From a candidate division WOR-3 bacterium (GTDB lineage Bacteria; Hydrothermota; Tepidihabitantia; Tepidihabitantales; JAOUPE01): a DNA stretch of 56,357 bases. The notes below the pieces were generated by a model. The model ran no database searches. It saw nothing but the letters and a program-made list of their open reading frames with translations, and had not been told where the DNA came from. A program made the position numbers and the translations under genes. Each line of letters starts with the position of its first letter. Position 1 is the first letter of the stretch. Positions 25,578 to 32,772 of the stretch are shown here, piece after piece. The DNA is taken from the NCBI GenBank assembly GCA_039801565.1, contig JBDRUX010000003.1:1-56357 (forward strand), in the 5' to 3' direction.

Positions 25578-26062
25578 ATAATCTAAAAGTAGCTATTAAA
25601 ATTCAAAAAGTCAAAAAACCTGATGGCACTGAAACATTAAAGGCAACTGTCCCGATGGGAATAATGTTCGAAAAAACTTTCAATGGTAAATTGCTTGAAG
25701 AAGAACTCGGTAAATTTGAGAAAAAATATTTTTCTCTTGTTGAATCTCTCAAGGATATTTTGAAATCGATACGTTCCAAGACCCAAAAGAATAAAGTACT
25801 ACTATATTGGAATTTTGGAGACAAAATTTATAATTTCGAAAGAGCCACTGATAAGGAGACTTTTTTCTTAGAAAATGTTACTAAACATTTAGTTAGGGAT
25901 GTCGGCGTCTCAGATAAAATGATTAGGCGTTGCAGACGATTCAGAACCTTATATCCTAACGCCGTTGATATCGACAAAGAGAGGTCTTTCGATAGCTATG
26001 TTAGGACATTTGAAGGAGGCTATATTTCTCAAAAAAGAATAAAAAAAGAAATGAGGGAGTAA
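25574..26062 (+). CDS. DUF1016-N-terminal-like protein lacking a nuclease domain; third gene of the GHKL cassette
   Basis: ATG 25574 forms an ATGA overlap with the GHKL stop. KVLLYWNFGDKIY...VTKHLVRDVGVSDKMIRRCRRFRTLYP resembles the helical N-domain of YhcG/DUF1016 proteins. No PD-(D/E)xK segment follows. Confidence 0.55.
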   Translation: MNNLKVAIKIQKVKKPDGTETLKATVPMGIMFEKTFNGKLLEEELGKFEKKYFSLVESLKDILKSIRSKTQKNKVLLYWNFGDKIYNFERATDKETFFLENVTKHLVRDVGVSDKMIRRCRRFRTLYPNAVDIDKERSFDSYVRTFEGGYISQKRIKKEMRE

Positions 26063-26202
26063 ATGCCAAGACATAAATGTTTGAATTGCGAATACAAAGG
26101 TAAAGAATTCGTTTATATTTTTATTGATCTCATATTACAGTCTTTGATGAAGAAGGACTCAATATAATAATAGAGATGTTCCTAATTTGATTATCTGAAA
26201 GG

Positions 26203-26547
26203 ATGGTTACAAAAATGGAAACCAACTATCAAAAAGTCAAAATAAAGATAAGAAAACCAGGCATAACCTACGAAACCCTATGGGTAAGATGTCTTTCGGA
26301 GAACACGGGAGTGATAAACAATATACCGATTTTCACTAAGAGATTTAAATATGGTGATGTTGTTGAATTCGACCCTGAAACCTTCGAAGTCAAAAAATTA
26401 ATATCCGATGGTGGCCATGCCACAACTAAGTTCGTTAAATACGAGGGCGACCCAGAACCTATAATCGAAAAGTTAAAGAATGATGGTTATATTGTCGAAC
26501 TCTGGCAAGGGCTTTTAGCTGTAACAAAAGCAAAAAGTTATCTATAA
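26203..26547 (+). CDS. DUF4265-like protein (immunity-protein-like)
   Basis: ETLWVRCLSENTGVINNIPIFTKRFKYGDVVEF matches the DUF4265 pattern (E.LW...Y.L.N.PF....GD.V) by eye. Confidence 0.5.
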   Translation: MVTKMETNYQKVKIKIRKPGITYETLWVRCLSENTGVINNIPIFTKRFKYGDVVEFDPETFEVKKLISDGGHATTKFVKYEGDPEPIIEKLKNDGYIVELWQGLLAVTKAKSYL

Positions 26548-26559
26548 TTGGAGGTAACC

Positions 26560-26862
26560 TTGAAAGTTGAAGAGCTGTTAAGAAAAGTAAATATAAATCC
26601 TTCTGAGCCAGTACTTCTGATAACGGCGGAAGAGGCGTTGGAAAATCTTTTAGAAGCAATCGAAGAATATTGCCCGAACTTGCAAATTGAGAAAATGACT
26701 AAAGAAGACCTAAAGACCCTACTTGATAGTTATGCCGGTTCGGTGATTAATTACCATCCCGAAAAATATCATCAAGAAAGGGGCGCACTGCTTGAATGTT
26801 TTAAGATGCTAAAACGCTATGGTCTAACCGATGACGATTACGATTCGATAGATTTCTGTTAA
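26560..26862 (+). CDS. Small acidic hypothetical protein
   Basis: The track start is TTG 26548. TTG 26560 has a GGAGG 5 nt upstream and is preferred. The 3' end (YDSIDFC*) is duplicated as a relic at 27877-27900. Confidence 0.5.
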   Translation: MKVEELLRKVNINPSEPVLLITAEEALENLLEAIEEYCPNLQIEKMTKEDLKTLLDSYAGSVINYHPEKYHQERGALLECFKMLKRYGLTDDDYDSIDFC

Positions 26863-26932
26863 GACAAAGGATTTAAATATTTACTTTTATAAAAACCGAG
26901 ACCAAAAGTTAAATGGCAGAAGTATAAGTAAG
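26837..26932 (+). repeat. Cassette-boundary repeat, copy A (modules R1-R2-R3)
   Basis: 72 nt at 26837-26908 match 27877-27948 with about 9 mismatches. 38 nt at 26895-26932 match 27579-27616 with 3 mismatches. Confidence 0.9.
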
Positions 26933-26992
26933 AAGTTGCCAAACCGATACGGAATAAGTTTCACCCGAAGTAATTGCAAAGAAAACGAATAT

Positions 26993-27021
26993 TTGACATT
27001 TTAAAAAACAAGAGTTATAAT
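26993..27021 (+). promoter_or_regulatory. Promoter TTGACA-17 nt-TATAAT, 6 nt upstream of the GTG start of the DUF4258 gene
   Basis: Consensus hexamers at 26993-26998 and 27016-27021. There is no room for an SD before GTG 27028. Confidence 0.55.
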
Positions 27022-27027
27022 TAATCA

Positions 27028-27309
27028 GTGGAGATTAAAATTGAACCGCATACTTTGGAGCGAGCCGAAGAACGAGGCACTAATGAAGAAGAAATTAGGA
27101 CCGTTATTGAAACTGGATTCACGATACCAGCAAAACATGGACGGACTGGGAAAGCCAAAATTTTTGATTTTAAACAGACCCGCCACGGTAAATACTATGA
27201 GCAAAAAAGAGTAGAGGTATTTTATCTGATGGAAAAGGATATTATTATAACTGTAACGGTTTATGTCTTTTATGGAAAATGGGAGGAATATAATGCAAAT
27301 CCTATATGA
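27028..27309 (+). CDS. DUF4258-domain protein (toxin-like)
   Basis: IEPHTLERAEERGTNEEEIRTVIETG matches the DUF4258 N-terminal pattern. It is paired with a DUF2283 gene. Confidence 0.65.
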   Translation: MEIKIEPHTLERAEERGTNEEEIRTVIETGFTIPAKHGRTGKAKIFDFKQTRHGKYYEQKRVEVFYLMEKDIIITVTVYVFYGKWEEYNANPI

Positions 27310-27508
27310 TGTGAAAACCGACTTGCTTTATATCCGATTGGATGAACGAAAACAATCGGTCATCAACAAACGCATTACCGAAGATATTGTCCTTGACATT
27401 GGTGAGAATGAAAGGATTGTCGGCATTGAAATATTGGATGCCTCGAAACATTTGAATTTAGAGACAGTCTTGCCGGTTAAATATCGGCATTTACCGGAAA
27501 TGGTCTAA
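27293..27508 (+). CDS. DUF2283-domain protein (antitoxin-like)
   Basis: ATG 27293 is preceded by GGGAGGA and is preferred over track start 27263. YDVKTDLLYIRL...IVLDIGENERIVGIEILDASKHL is a typical DUF2283 sequence. Confidence 0.65.
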   Translation: MQILYDVKTDLLYIRLDERKQSVINKRITEDIVLDIGENERIVGIEILDASKHLNLETVLPVKYRHLPEMV

Positions 27509-27578
27509 AGCAGGCTATTAAATATAACTCCAAAATCAACATTAGAAGAATTAGACGCCAATCGTTCTTAAAATCTGA

Positions 27579-27616
27579 ACCGAGACTAAAAGTTAAACGG
27601 CAGAAGTATAAATAAG
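27579..27616 (+). repeat. Cassette-boundary repeat, copy B (R2 tail plus R3)
   Basis: accgagactaaaagttaaacggcagaagtataaataag compared with 26895-26932. Confidence 0.9.
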
Positions 27617-27633
27617 TTGAGGGGTTTAAATAT

Positions 27634-27870
27634 ATGCAACAAAAAAAGAAAAAAGTAAATAGTATTAAAAAAAGATTCAAACCACCTAAATGTTCTGGTT
27701 GTAAAACCTCTTTGTTTACGGTTTATGAAAATGAGTGCTGGACTTATTTTTTTGACAAAACTAGTGGAACTTACAAAGGAGAGTTAGTTGATATAGATAT
27801 TCTTTGCCCTGATTGCCATGCAAAACTTTGGGATGTATTCCCCGAAGGGACTTGTAATTACGGAAGGTAA
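27634..27870 (+). CDS. Small zinc-ribbon protein (CxxC...CxxC)
   Basis: KCSGC and CPDC pairs. GAGGGG RBS 10 nt upstream. Confidence 0.5.
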   Translation: MQQKKKKVNSIKKRFKPPKCSGCKTSLFTVYENECWTYFFDKTSGTYKGELVDIDILCPDCHAKLWDVFPEGTCNYGR

Positions 27871-27876
27871 ACGAAA

Positions 27877-27948
27877 ATTACGATTCGATAGATTTCTGCT
27901 AAAACAACAGACTCAAGTATTTACTTTTATAAAAGCCGAGACCAAAAG
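27877..27948 (+). repeat. Cassette-boundary repeat, copy C (R1-R2), including a relic gene 3' end
   Basis: attacgattcgatagatttctgctaa reproduces the last codons plus stop (YDSIDFC*) of the 26560-26862 gene. Confidence 0.9.
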
Positions 27949-27951
27949 GAA

Positions 27952-28467
27952 ATGATTGAGATAAAAATTCGCCGCAGTGATAGACGAAAACGAACGGTCA
28001 GCGCCCGATTGGTTGGGGAAACGATGTTCGTCAACGCCCCAGCCGATATTCCAGAACCACGATTACAGGAAATCATTGAGCAACTTAAACGCCGCCTGGA
28101 AAAACGAAAACTTAAGCGGGAACTTAATCAAAAAGAAAACCTAATGGCAATTTGTCAGAAGCTGAATGCGCAATATTTTAACAATGCAATACCGGTTCGA
28201 TCAATCGAGTATTCGACTGAGCAATCGAAAAAATGGGGTGTCTGCAATATTAAGAACAGAAGTATCCGAATCTCGCATCGGCTTAGTGCAATGCCGGAAT
28301 GGGTTAGAGATTACGTAATTGTTCACGAAATGGCACATCTTGTGTTCCCTAATCATAGCGAAAAATTCTGGCAATTAGTTAACCGTTATAAATTAGCCGA
28401 AAGGGCGCGGGGCTATCTCATCGCTAAGGGCTATGAAGATACTAATGAATCCGATGTCGAAGATTAA
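27952..28467 (+). CDS. YgjP-like (DUF45) zinc metallopeptidase
   Basis: HEMAHLVFPNHSEKFW (HExxH followed by a FW segment). Length of 171 aa. Confidence 0.7.
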   Translation: MIEIKIRRSDRRKRTVSARLVGETMFVNAPADIPEPRLQEIIEQLKRRLEKRKLKRELNQKENLMAICQKLNAQYFNNAIPVRSIEYSTEQSKKWGVCNIKNRSIRISHRLSAMPEWVRDYVIVHEMAHLVFPNHSEKFWQLVNRYKLAERARGYLIAKGYEDTNESDVED

Positions 28468-28732
28468 TATGCCAAGAAATATTATTACCAAAGCGGTTTT
28501 GACCGTTTGGCTTCAAAACGCTGTAATCCTACTCGGCAAGTTTTTCTCTTAATCTTTTAAACATCGCTAAATAGCTCGGAAAGTTTTTTATAAACCTCTT
28601 TGGCTTGTTCTTCATAAATGGGCGGTTAAATTGCGGTCATCAATCATAGCCAACTATTTTTATCATAGTCAATCAATTTTAATTGAAAAGCGGTTTTGAA
28701 ACAATCTCAAGGCGAATAACATTCGATTGGAC

Positions 28733-28970
28733 ACCTGCCTGCGAAGTCACTCCCCAAGTAGCCTACGGGATTGCCCCCGAGATAACTCCCCAGCTAACCC
28801 CCTAACTGACTCCCTAAGCCGCCTCCAAGGTCGCCTTCCAACCCACTCCCTAACCTGCCCCCTAACCGGCTCCCGAAGCAACCTACCAAGCAACTTAGGA
28901 GGCAACCTACGGGGCAACTTAGGGAGTAGCCTACGGGGTCACCCCCTATACGATACCCCCTCCCAAAGCA
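28733..28970 (+). repeat. GC-rich degenerate 12-bp tandem array (about 19-20 units)
   Basis: It reads in 12-nt phase: agcaacctacca agcaacttagga ggcaacctacgg ggcaacttaggg agtagcctacgg ggtcacccccta. It ends in ...ataccccctccc. Confidence 0.85.
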
Positions 28971-29322
28971 AAAATTGGCATAAGTGACGGACGACCAAGA
29001 AGATAGACGAAAAAATCGGTCAATTTTAGGTTGAAATATATTTCAATTTTTTCTGGCACAAAACACTTTCTGGGACCAAAGACAAATTGTGGACCTTTCT
29101 TTTAAAAAACCCTGAAATTTCATTTATTCACTTTTTTCGTAGAATCAAGCACTTACAAGTTAAACTAATTCCTTTCCGTTCAAGCAAAATCTTTGAAAAC
29201 GATCTTCTCCTAACCTATTGAAATTACATAACTAATCGGTTGGGAGTTAATTCCACCATATTTACTCACTGAATTGCATTGGCTGAAGAAATTCGGTATT
29301 TTAAAAATTTCTAATCAATCGC

Positions 29323-29350
29323 TTGACATTTCGTTTTAAATTAGTATGAT
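29323..29350 (+). promoter_or_regulatory. Promoter TTGACA-16 nt-TATGAT whose -10 contains the annotated ATG of the GT2 gene
   Basis: TTGACA at 29323-29328. TATGAT at 29345-29350. ATG at 29346-29348. TTG at 29358 lies 7 nt after the -10. Confidence 0.4.
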
Positions 29351-30254
29351 TAAGGAGTTGGAAGTAAAGGTCTCAGTTATTGTTCCGGCTTATAATGAAG
29401 CCCCTAATATAAAACCTTTGTTAGAGGAACTTAGCCGTATTTTACCAGGTGATTATGAAGTAATCATTGTTGATGATGGCAGTGATGATGGAACTTTTAC
29501 CGAAGTCGAGCAAGCTAAAAAGTTATACCCTTGGTTAAAAGTTAAACGCCATCGGCAGAATTTGGGTAAGACACAAGCAATTGTGACCGGGGCGAAGATT
29601 GCTGAAGGTAAAATTTTAGTAATCTTTGATGCCGATTTACAGTTTGCCCCAGCCGACATTTTACGTCTGGTAGAGAAGATTGACCAGGGTGCTGATATGT
29701 GTGTCGGTTGGAAACAAGGCAAATATGAAAAATGGTTGGTATCTTCGATTTATAACTATTTAGCCCGTAAACTCTTTCGGCTTAAGGTTCATGATATTAA
29801 TGCAGTAAAAGCATTTAAAAGAGAAGTAATTGCCGATATTGATTTGCGCAAGGATTGGCATCGTTACCTTGTTCCTTTGGCGCAGGACCGGGGTTATCAA
29901 ATCGTGGAAATTCCAGTCAAGCTTTACCCTCGACGGTTTGGCAAACCAAAATACCAGAGCCCTTGGCGGATATTGATTGGTTTCTTCGATTTACTTGCGG
30001 TTGGTTTTCAACTGACCGTTATGCGAAAACCGATGCTCTATTTAGGCACCATTGGCACAGCAAGTATTCTTTTTGGTATCATTGTGGGAATCATTGGAAT
30101 AATCCTTAGAATCTTTCGGCACGGCTTTCGGCCCATCCTCTATCTCGTAATCCTTCTCATCATCAGCGGTCTTTTGCTTTTCGGTTTAGGATTATTGGGT
30201 GAAGCGATTGCGACGATTAACGACCGATTAGAAAAATTGAAGCCACGAGAATAG
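29346..30254 (+). CDS. Family 2 glycosyltransferase (polyprenyl-phosphate sugar synthase-like) with C-terminal TM helices
   Basis: VSVIVPAYNEA, IIVDDGSDDGT and DADLQ motifs, plus two C-terminal TM helices. The start could be TTG 29358. Confidence 0.8.
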   Translation: MIKELEVKVSVIVPAYNEAPNIKPLLEELSRILPGDYEVIIVDDGSDDGTFTEVEQAKKLYPWLKVKRHRQNLGKTQAIVTGAKIAEGKILVIFDADLQFAPADILRLVEKIDQGADMCVGWKQGKYEKWLVSSIYNYLARKLFRLKVHDINAVKAFKREVIADIDLRKDWHRYLVPLAQDRGYQIVEIPVKLYPRRFGKPKYQSPWRILIGFFDLLAVGFQLTVMRKPMLYLGTIGTASILFGIIVGIIGIILRIFRHGFRPILYLVILLIISGLLLFGLGLLGEAIATINDRLEKLKPRE

Positions 30255-30261
30255 CAAATTT

Positions 30262-31260
30262 ATGAAACAATTATTTAACATCTTACGCATTGGCTTAGCA
30301 ATTGGACTCTTAATTTGGCTTTTAGCCAAAGTCAACATTAGAGAATCGTTAGTTAGTATGAGAAACGCTAATCCTTTTTACTTACTTTTAACAATTATTT
30401 GCTTTTTCTTATTAATCTTGGTTTCGGTCTGGCGTTGGAAAGTTATCCTCGATGAGAAGAGTCTTTCTTTTACTCTAAGTTATCTTTTAACGGTTTATTT
30501 TGCCACTTGGTTTTTTAATAATGTCTTGCCAACCGCAATTGGTGGTGATGTGATAAGAATCATCTACACAATCAAAGATAACCAAAAAGCCCAAGCCTTT
30601 TCAGCGACTTTTGTTGACCGGATGATTGGCTTTGTTGGTTTATTCTTTTTTGCCTTACTGGCTTCGGCTTGGTTACTTGTTGTCCAAAACCAAACCCGTT
30701 TTTTAATTCTAAACCTCGTTGGCTTCTTAATCCTTTTAGCGATAATCTTTATCTTGTTCAATGACCGGGCACATCGGTTCTTTAGTAAAATTTTTCAGCG
30801 AATTAAGGTTTTTCGTTTGGGAGTATTTTTCGACCAAATCTACGATGCGATCAAGGATTACCGGCGAAAACCAAAAGCCCTCTTGGTCAGTTTTCTTCTT
30901 TCGTTACTAATTCAGGCTATTCTTGCCTTAAGTTGGTTTTATACCGGCTATGCAGTCGGAATTAGAATTGCCGTTAGTTATTATTTCTTATATTGTCCAA
31001 TCATTGGGTTGCTGACGATGATACCAATAACCATTGGTGGGCTTGGAATTCGGGAGAATTCGTTCGTAACCTTTTTTGGTCAGGTCGGTGTCAATTCAGT
31101 CCAAGCGACCTCGACCTCATTACTTTATTTAATTGTCAACTACGGCTATGCCTTAGTTGGTGGCATAGTCTTTGTTTTCTTAAAAAAATCCAAAGAAAAA
31201 AAGGAGAGTTATGACTTTACCTATTCCCCGACCAAACCTGGCGAATGTAAAACCTTATAA
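30262..31260 (+). CDS. Flippase-like / lysylphosphatidylglycerol-synthase-TM (UPF0104) family membrane protein
   Basis: Polytopic protein with the NNVLPTAIGGDVIRI motif typical of UPF0104. The 3' end overlaps hisC by 50 nt. Confidence 0.6.
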   Translation: MKQLFNILRIGLAIGLLIWLLAKVNIRESLVSMRNANPFYLLLTIICFFLLILVSVWRWKVILDEKSLSFTLSYLLTVYFATWFFNNVLPTAIGGDVIRIIYTIKDNQKAQAFSATFVDRMIGFVGLFFFALLASAWLLVVQNQTRFLILNLVGFLILLAIIFILFNDRAHRFFSKIFQRIKVFRLGVFFDQIYDAIKDYRRKPKALLVSFLLSLLIQAILALSWFYTGYAVGIRIAVSYYFLYCPIIGLLTMIPITIGGLGIRENSFVTFFGQVGVNSVQATSTSLLYLIVNYGYALVGGIVFVFLKKSKEKKESYDFTYSPTKPGECKTL

Positions 31261-32311
31261 GCCAGGCAAACCTATTGAGGAGTTAATTCGTGAATTGAAA
31301 CTGAAAGGCGAAGTGATTAAATTAGCCTCGAACGAAAATCCCTTAGGTGCTTCACCAAAAGCACTCGCTGTTCTAAAAAAGTTTGCTTCGGAAAGTTATC
31401 TTTACCCGGATGACAACTGTTATTATTTACGGCAAGCCATCGCTGAAAAATTCGAGATTGATATGGAATGGGTGATGGCAGCAGCCGGCTCAGTGGAACT
31501 TATCTATTTAGCTTGTTTAGCCTATTTGCGACCGGAAGATGAATTGATGATGAGTGAACACGCATTCATTATTGCTAAAATTGGTGCCACGGTGATGGAC
31601 AGCAAGGTGGCGGAGATACCATTAAAAGAAGACTATAGCCACGACCTAAACCGGATGTTGAAATCAATCACCCCGGCTACGAAGATAATTTATCTCGACA
31701 ATCCAATCAATCCCTTAGGCACCATTGTGAAGAGAAAGGAATTGGATGATTTCATCGAGCAGGTCCCTGATAATATCTTGGTTGTCATTGATGAAGCCTA
31801 CCGGGAATATATTCTGACTAAAGACTATCCGGATTCTTTTAAGTATTTAAAACAAGGCAAAAATGTGATGATTTTACGCACCTTCTCCAAAATTTATGGT
31901 TTAGCCGGCTTGCGCCTGGGTTATGGCTTTGCCAAACCGGAAATCATCGCCAATTTACAAAAGGTCCGTTATCCTTTCAATGTCAATCGGTTGGTACAAC
32001 AGGCAGGCATTGCGGCATTGCAAGACAAACAACATGCCAAAAAGTCTTGTCGCATTAACGAATTAGGTAAAAAATACCTTTATGCCGAATTAAAAAAACT
32101 CAAGGTTTTCTACTTGCCGACCTATGCTAATTTCATCTTTGTCAGTTTTGTTGAAGACTCCCAAATCATTTATGAAAAACTCCTTCGCCAGGGTATAATC
32201 GCACGCACGGTAAAAGAATATGGTTTTCCGAATGCACTGCGTATCACTATCGGCACCCCAGAACAGAATAAAAGACTCATTAGTGCTTTGACTACTATTT
32301 TAGCGAAATAA
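31211..32311 (+). CDS. hisC: Histidinol-phosphate aminotransferase
   Basis: LASNENPLG and the PLP-lysine segment RTFSKIYGLAGLRLGY. AAGGAG RBS. Confidence 0.85.
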   Translation: MTLPIPRPNLANVKPYKPGKPIEELIRELKLKGEVIKLASNENPLGASPKALAVLKKFASESYLYPDDNCYYLRQAIAEKFEIDMEWVMAAAGSVELIYLACLAYLRPEDELMMSEHAFIIAKIGATVMDSKVAEIPLKEDYSHDLNRMLKSITPATKIIYLDNPINPLGTIVKRKELDDFIEQVPDNILVVIDEAYREYILTKDYPDSFKYLKQGKNVMILRTFSKIYGLAGLRLGYGFAKPEIIANLQKVRYPFNVNRLVQQAGIAALQDKQHAKKSCRINELGKKYLYAELKKLKVFYLPTYANFIFVSFVEDSQIIYEKLLRQGIIARTVKEYGFPNALRITIGTPEQNKRLISALTTILAK

Positions 32312-32343
32312 GCAAACTTCGCGCTTAACCCGATCTTAGAGTA

Positions 32344-32772
32344 GTGCTAATAAAATCTTTGGCCGAATTCTTATCCACCGTATTGAAAAGAACTGCTCTT
32401 GCATTCTTGGATTTGATGAAAATAATCTTACCCGTGTATTCGTTAATGGTAATTCTATCTTACACACCGGTTATTAAATTTCTTGCTGATTTACTAAAAC
32501 CAGCAATGAAAATCTTTAATCTACCTGGCGAGAGTGCCTTGGCTCTAATTCTCGGTAATTTCATAAATCTTTATGCCGCAATTGGCGTGATACCGTTGTT
32601 ACATCTTAATTCTTGGCAATTGACTACGCTTGCTTTGATGCTTCTCACTTCCCACAGTCAACTGATGGAGACCTCGGTCTATCTCAAATTAAAAACCAAA
32701 GCCGGCTTTTTATTATTCTTAAGAGTAGCGGTGGCAATTGTTATCGGATTAATTTTAGCGATGAGGCGATAA
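32344..32772 (+). CDS. Nucleoside-recognition (gate) domain membrane protein, part 1
   Basis: Small polytopic protein. LKPAMKIFNLPGESALALILGNFINLYAAIG resembles gate domains. The start is GTG. Confidence 0.45.
   Translation: MLIKSLAEFLSTVLKRTALAFLDLMKIILPVYSLMVILSYTPVIKFLADLLKPAMKIFNLPGESALALILGNFINLYAAIGVIPLLHLNSWQLTTLALMLLTSHSQLMETSVYLKLKTKAGFLLFLRVAVAIVIGLILAMRR

Noticed and set aside
26063-26167. 34-codon ORF with a CxxC (MPRHKCLNCEYKGKEF...) right after the GHKL cassette
   Set aside because: It is too short to evaluate. It has only half a zinc ribbon, and the SD spacing (3 nt) is poor. It may be a relic of a zinc-ribbon gene.
26837-27948. Integron gene cassettes with attC sites
   Set aside because: There is no intI-type integrase and no attC-like imperfect palindrome with extrahelical bases. 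The repeats are direct and include a gene 3' end. Homologous recombination or duplication is the simpler explanation.
28733-28970. CRISPR array
   Set aside because: The units are only 12 nt, contiguous and degenerate. There are no unique spacers, and no cas genes occur anywhere in the window.
28727-28987. 86-codon ORF running through the 12-mer array. The same applies to the 49781-50065 and 49765-49956 minus-strand ORFs.
   Set aside because: The products are low-complexity with a 4-aa period imposed by the 12-nt repeat. There is no SD. One starts at TTG. The open frames are explained by the stop-poor GC-rich repeat. I treat them as non-coding unless expression data say otherwise.
29031-29046. 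Perfect 16-bp palindrome TTGAAATATATTTCAA in the long gap before the GT2 gene
   Set aside because: AT-only palindromes of this size are expected by chance in AT-rich spacers. It is not positioned relative to any promoter I can define.
31211-31260. 50-nt overlap between the flippase-like gene and hisC as a sign of a frameshift or fusion
   Set aside because: hisC has its own AAGGAG RBS and a normal N-terminus. The upstream ORF tail is merely an unconstrained extension. No frameshift signal is seen.
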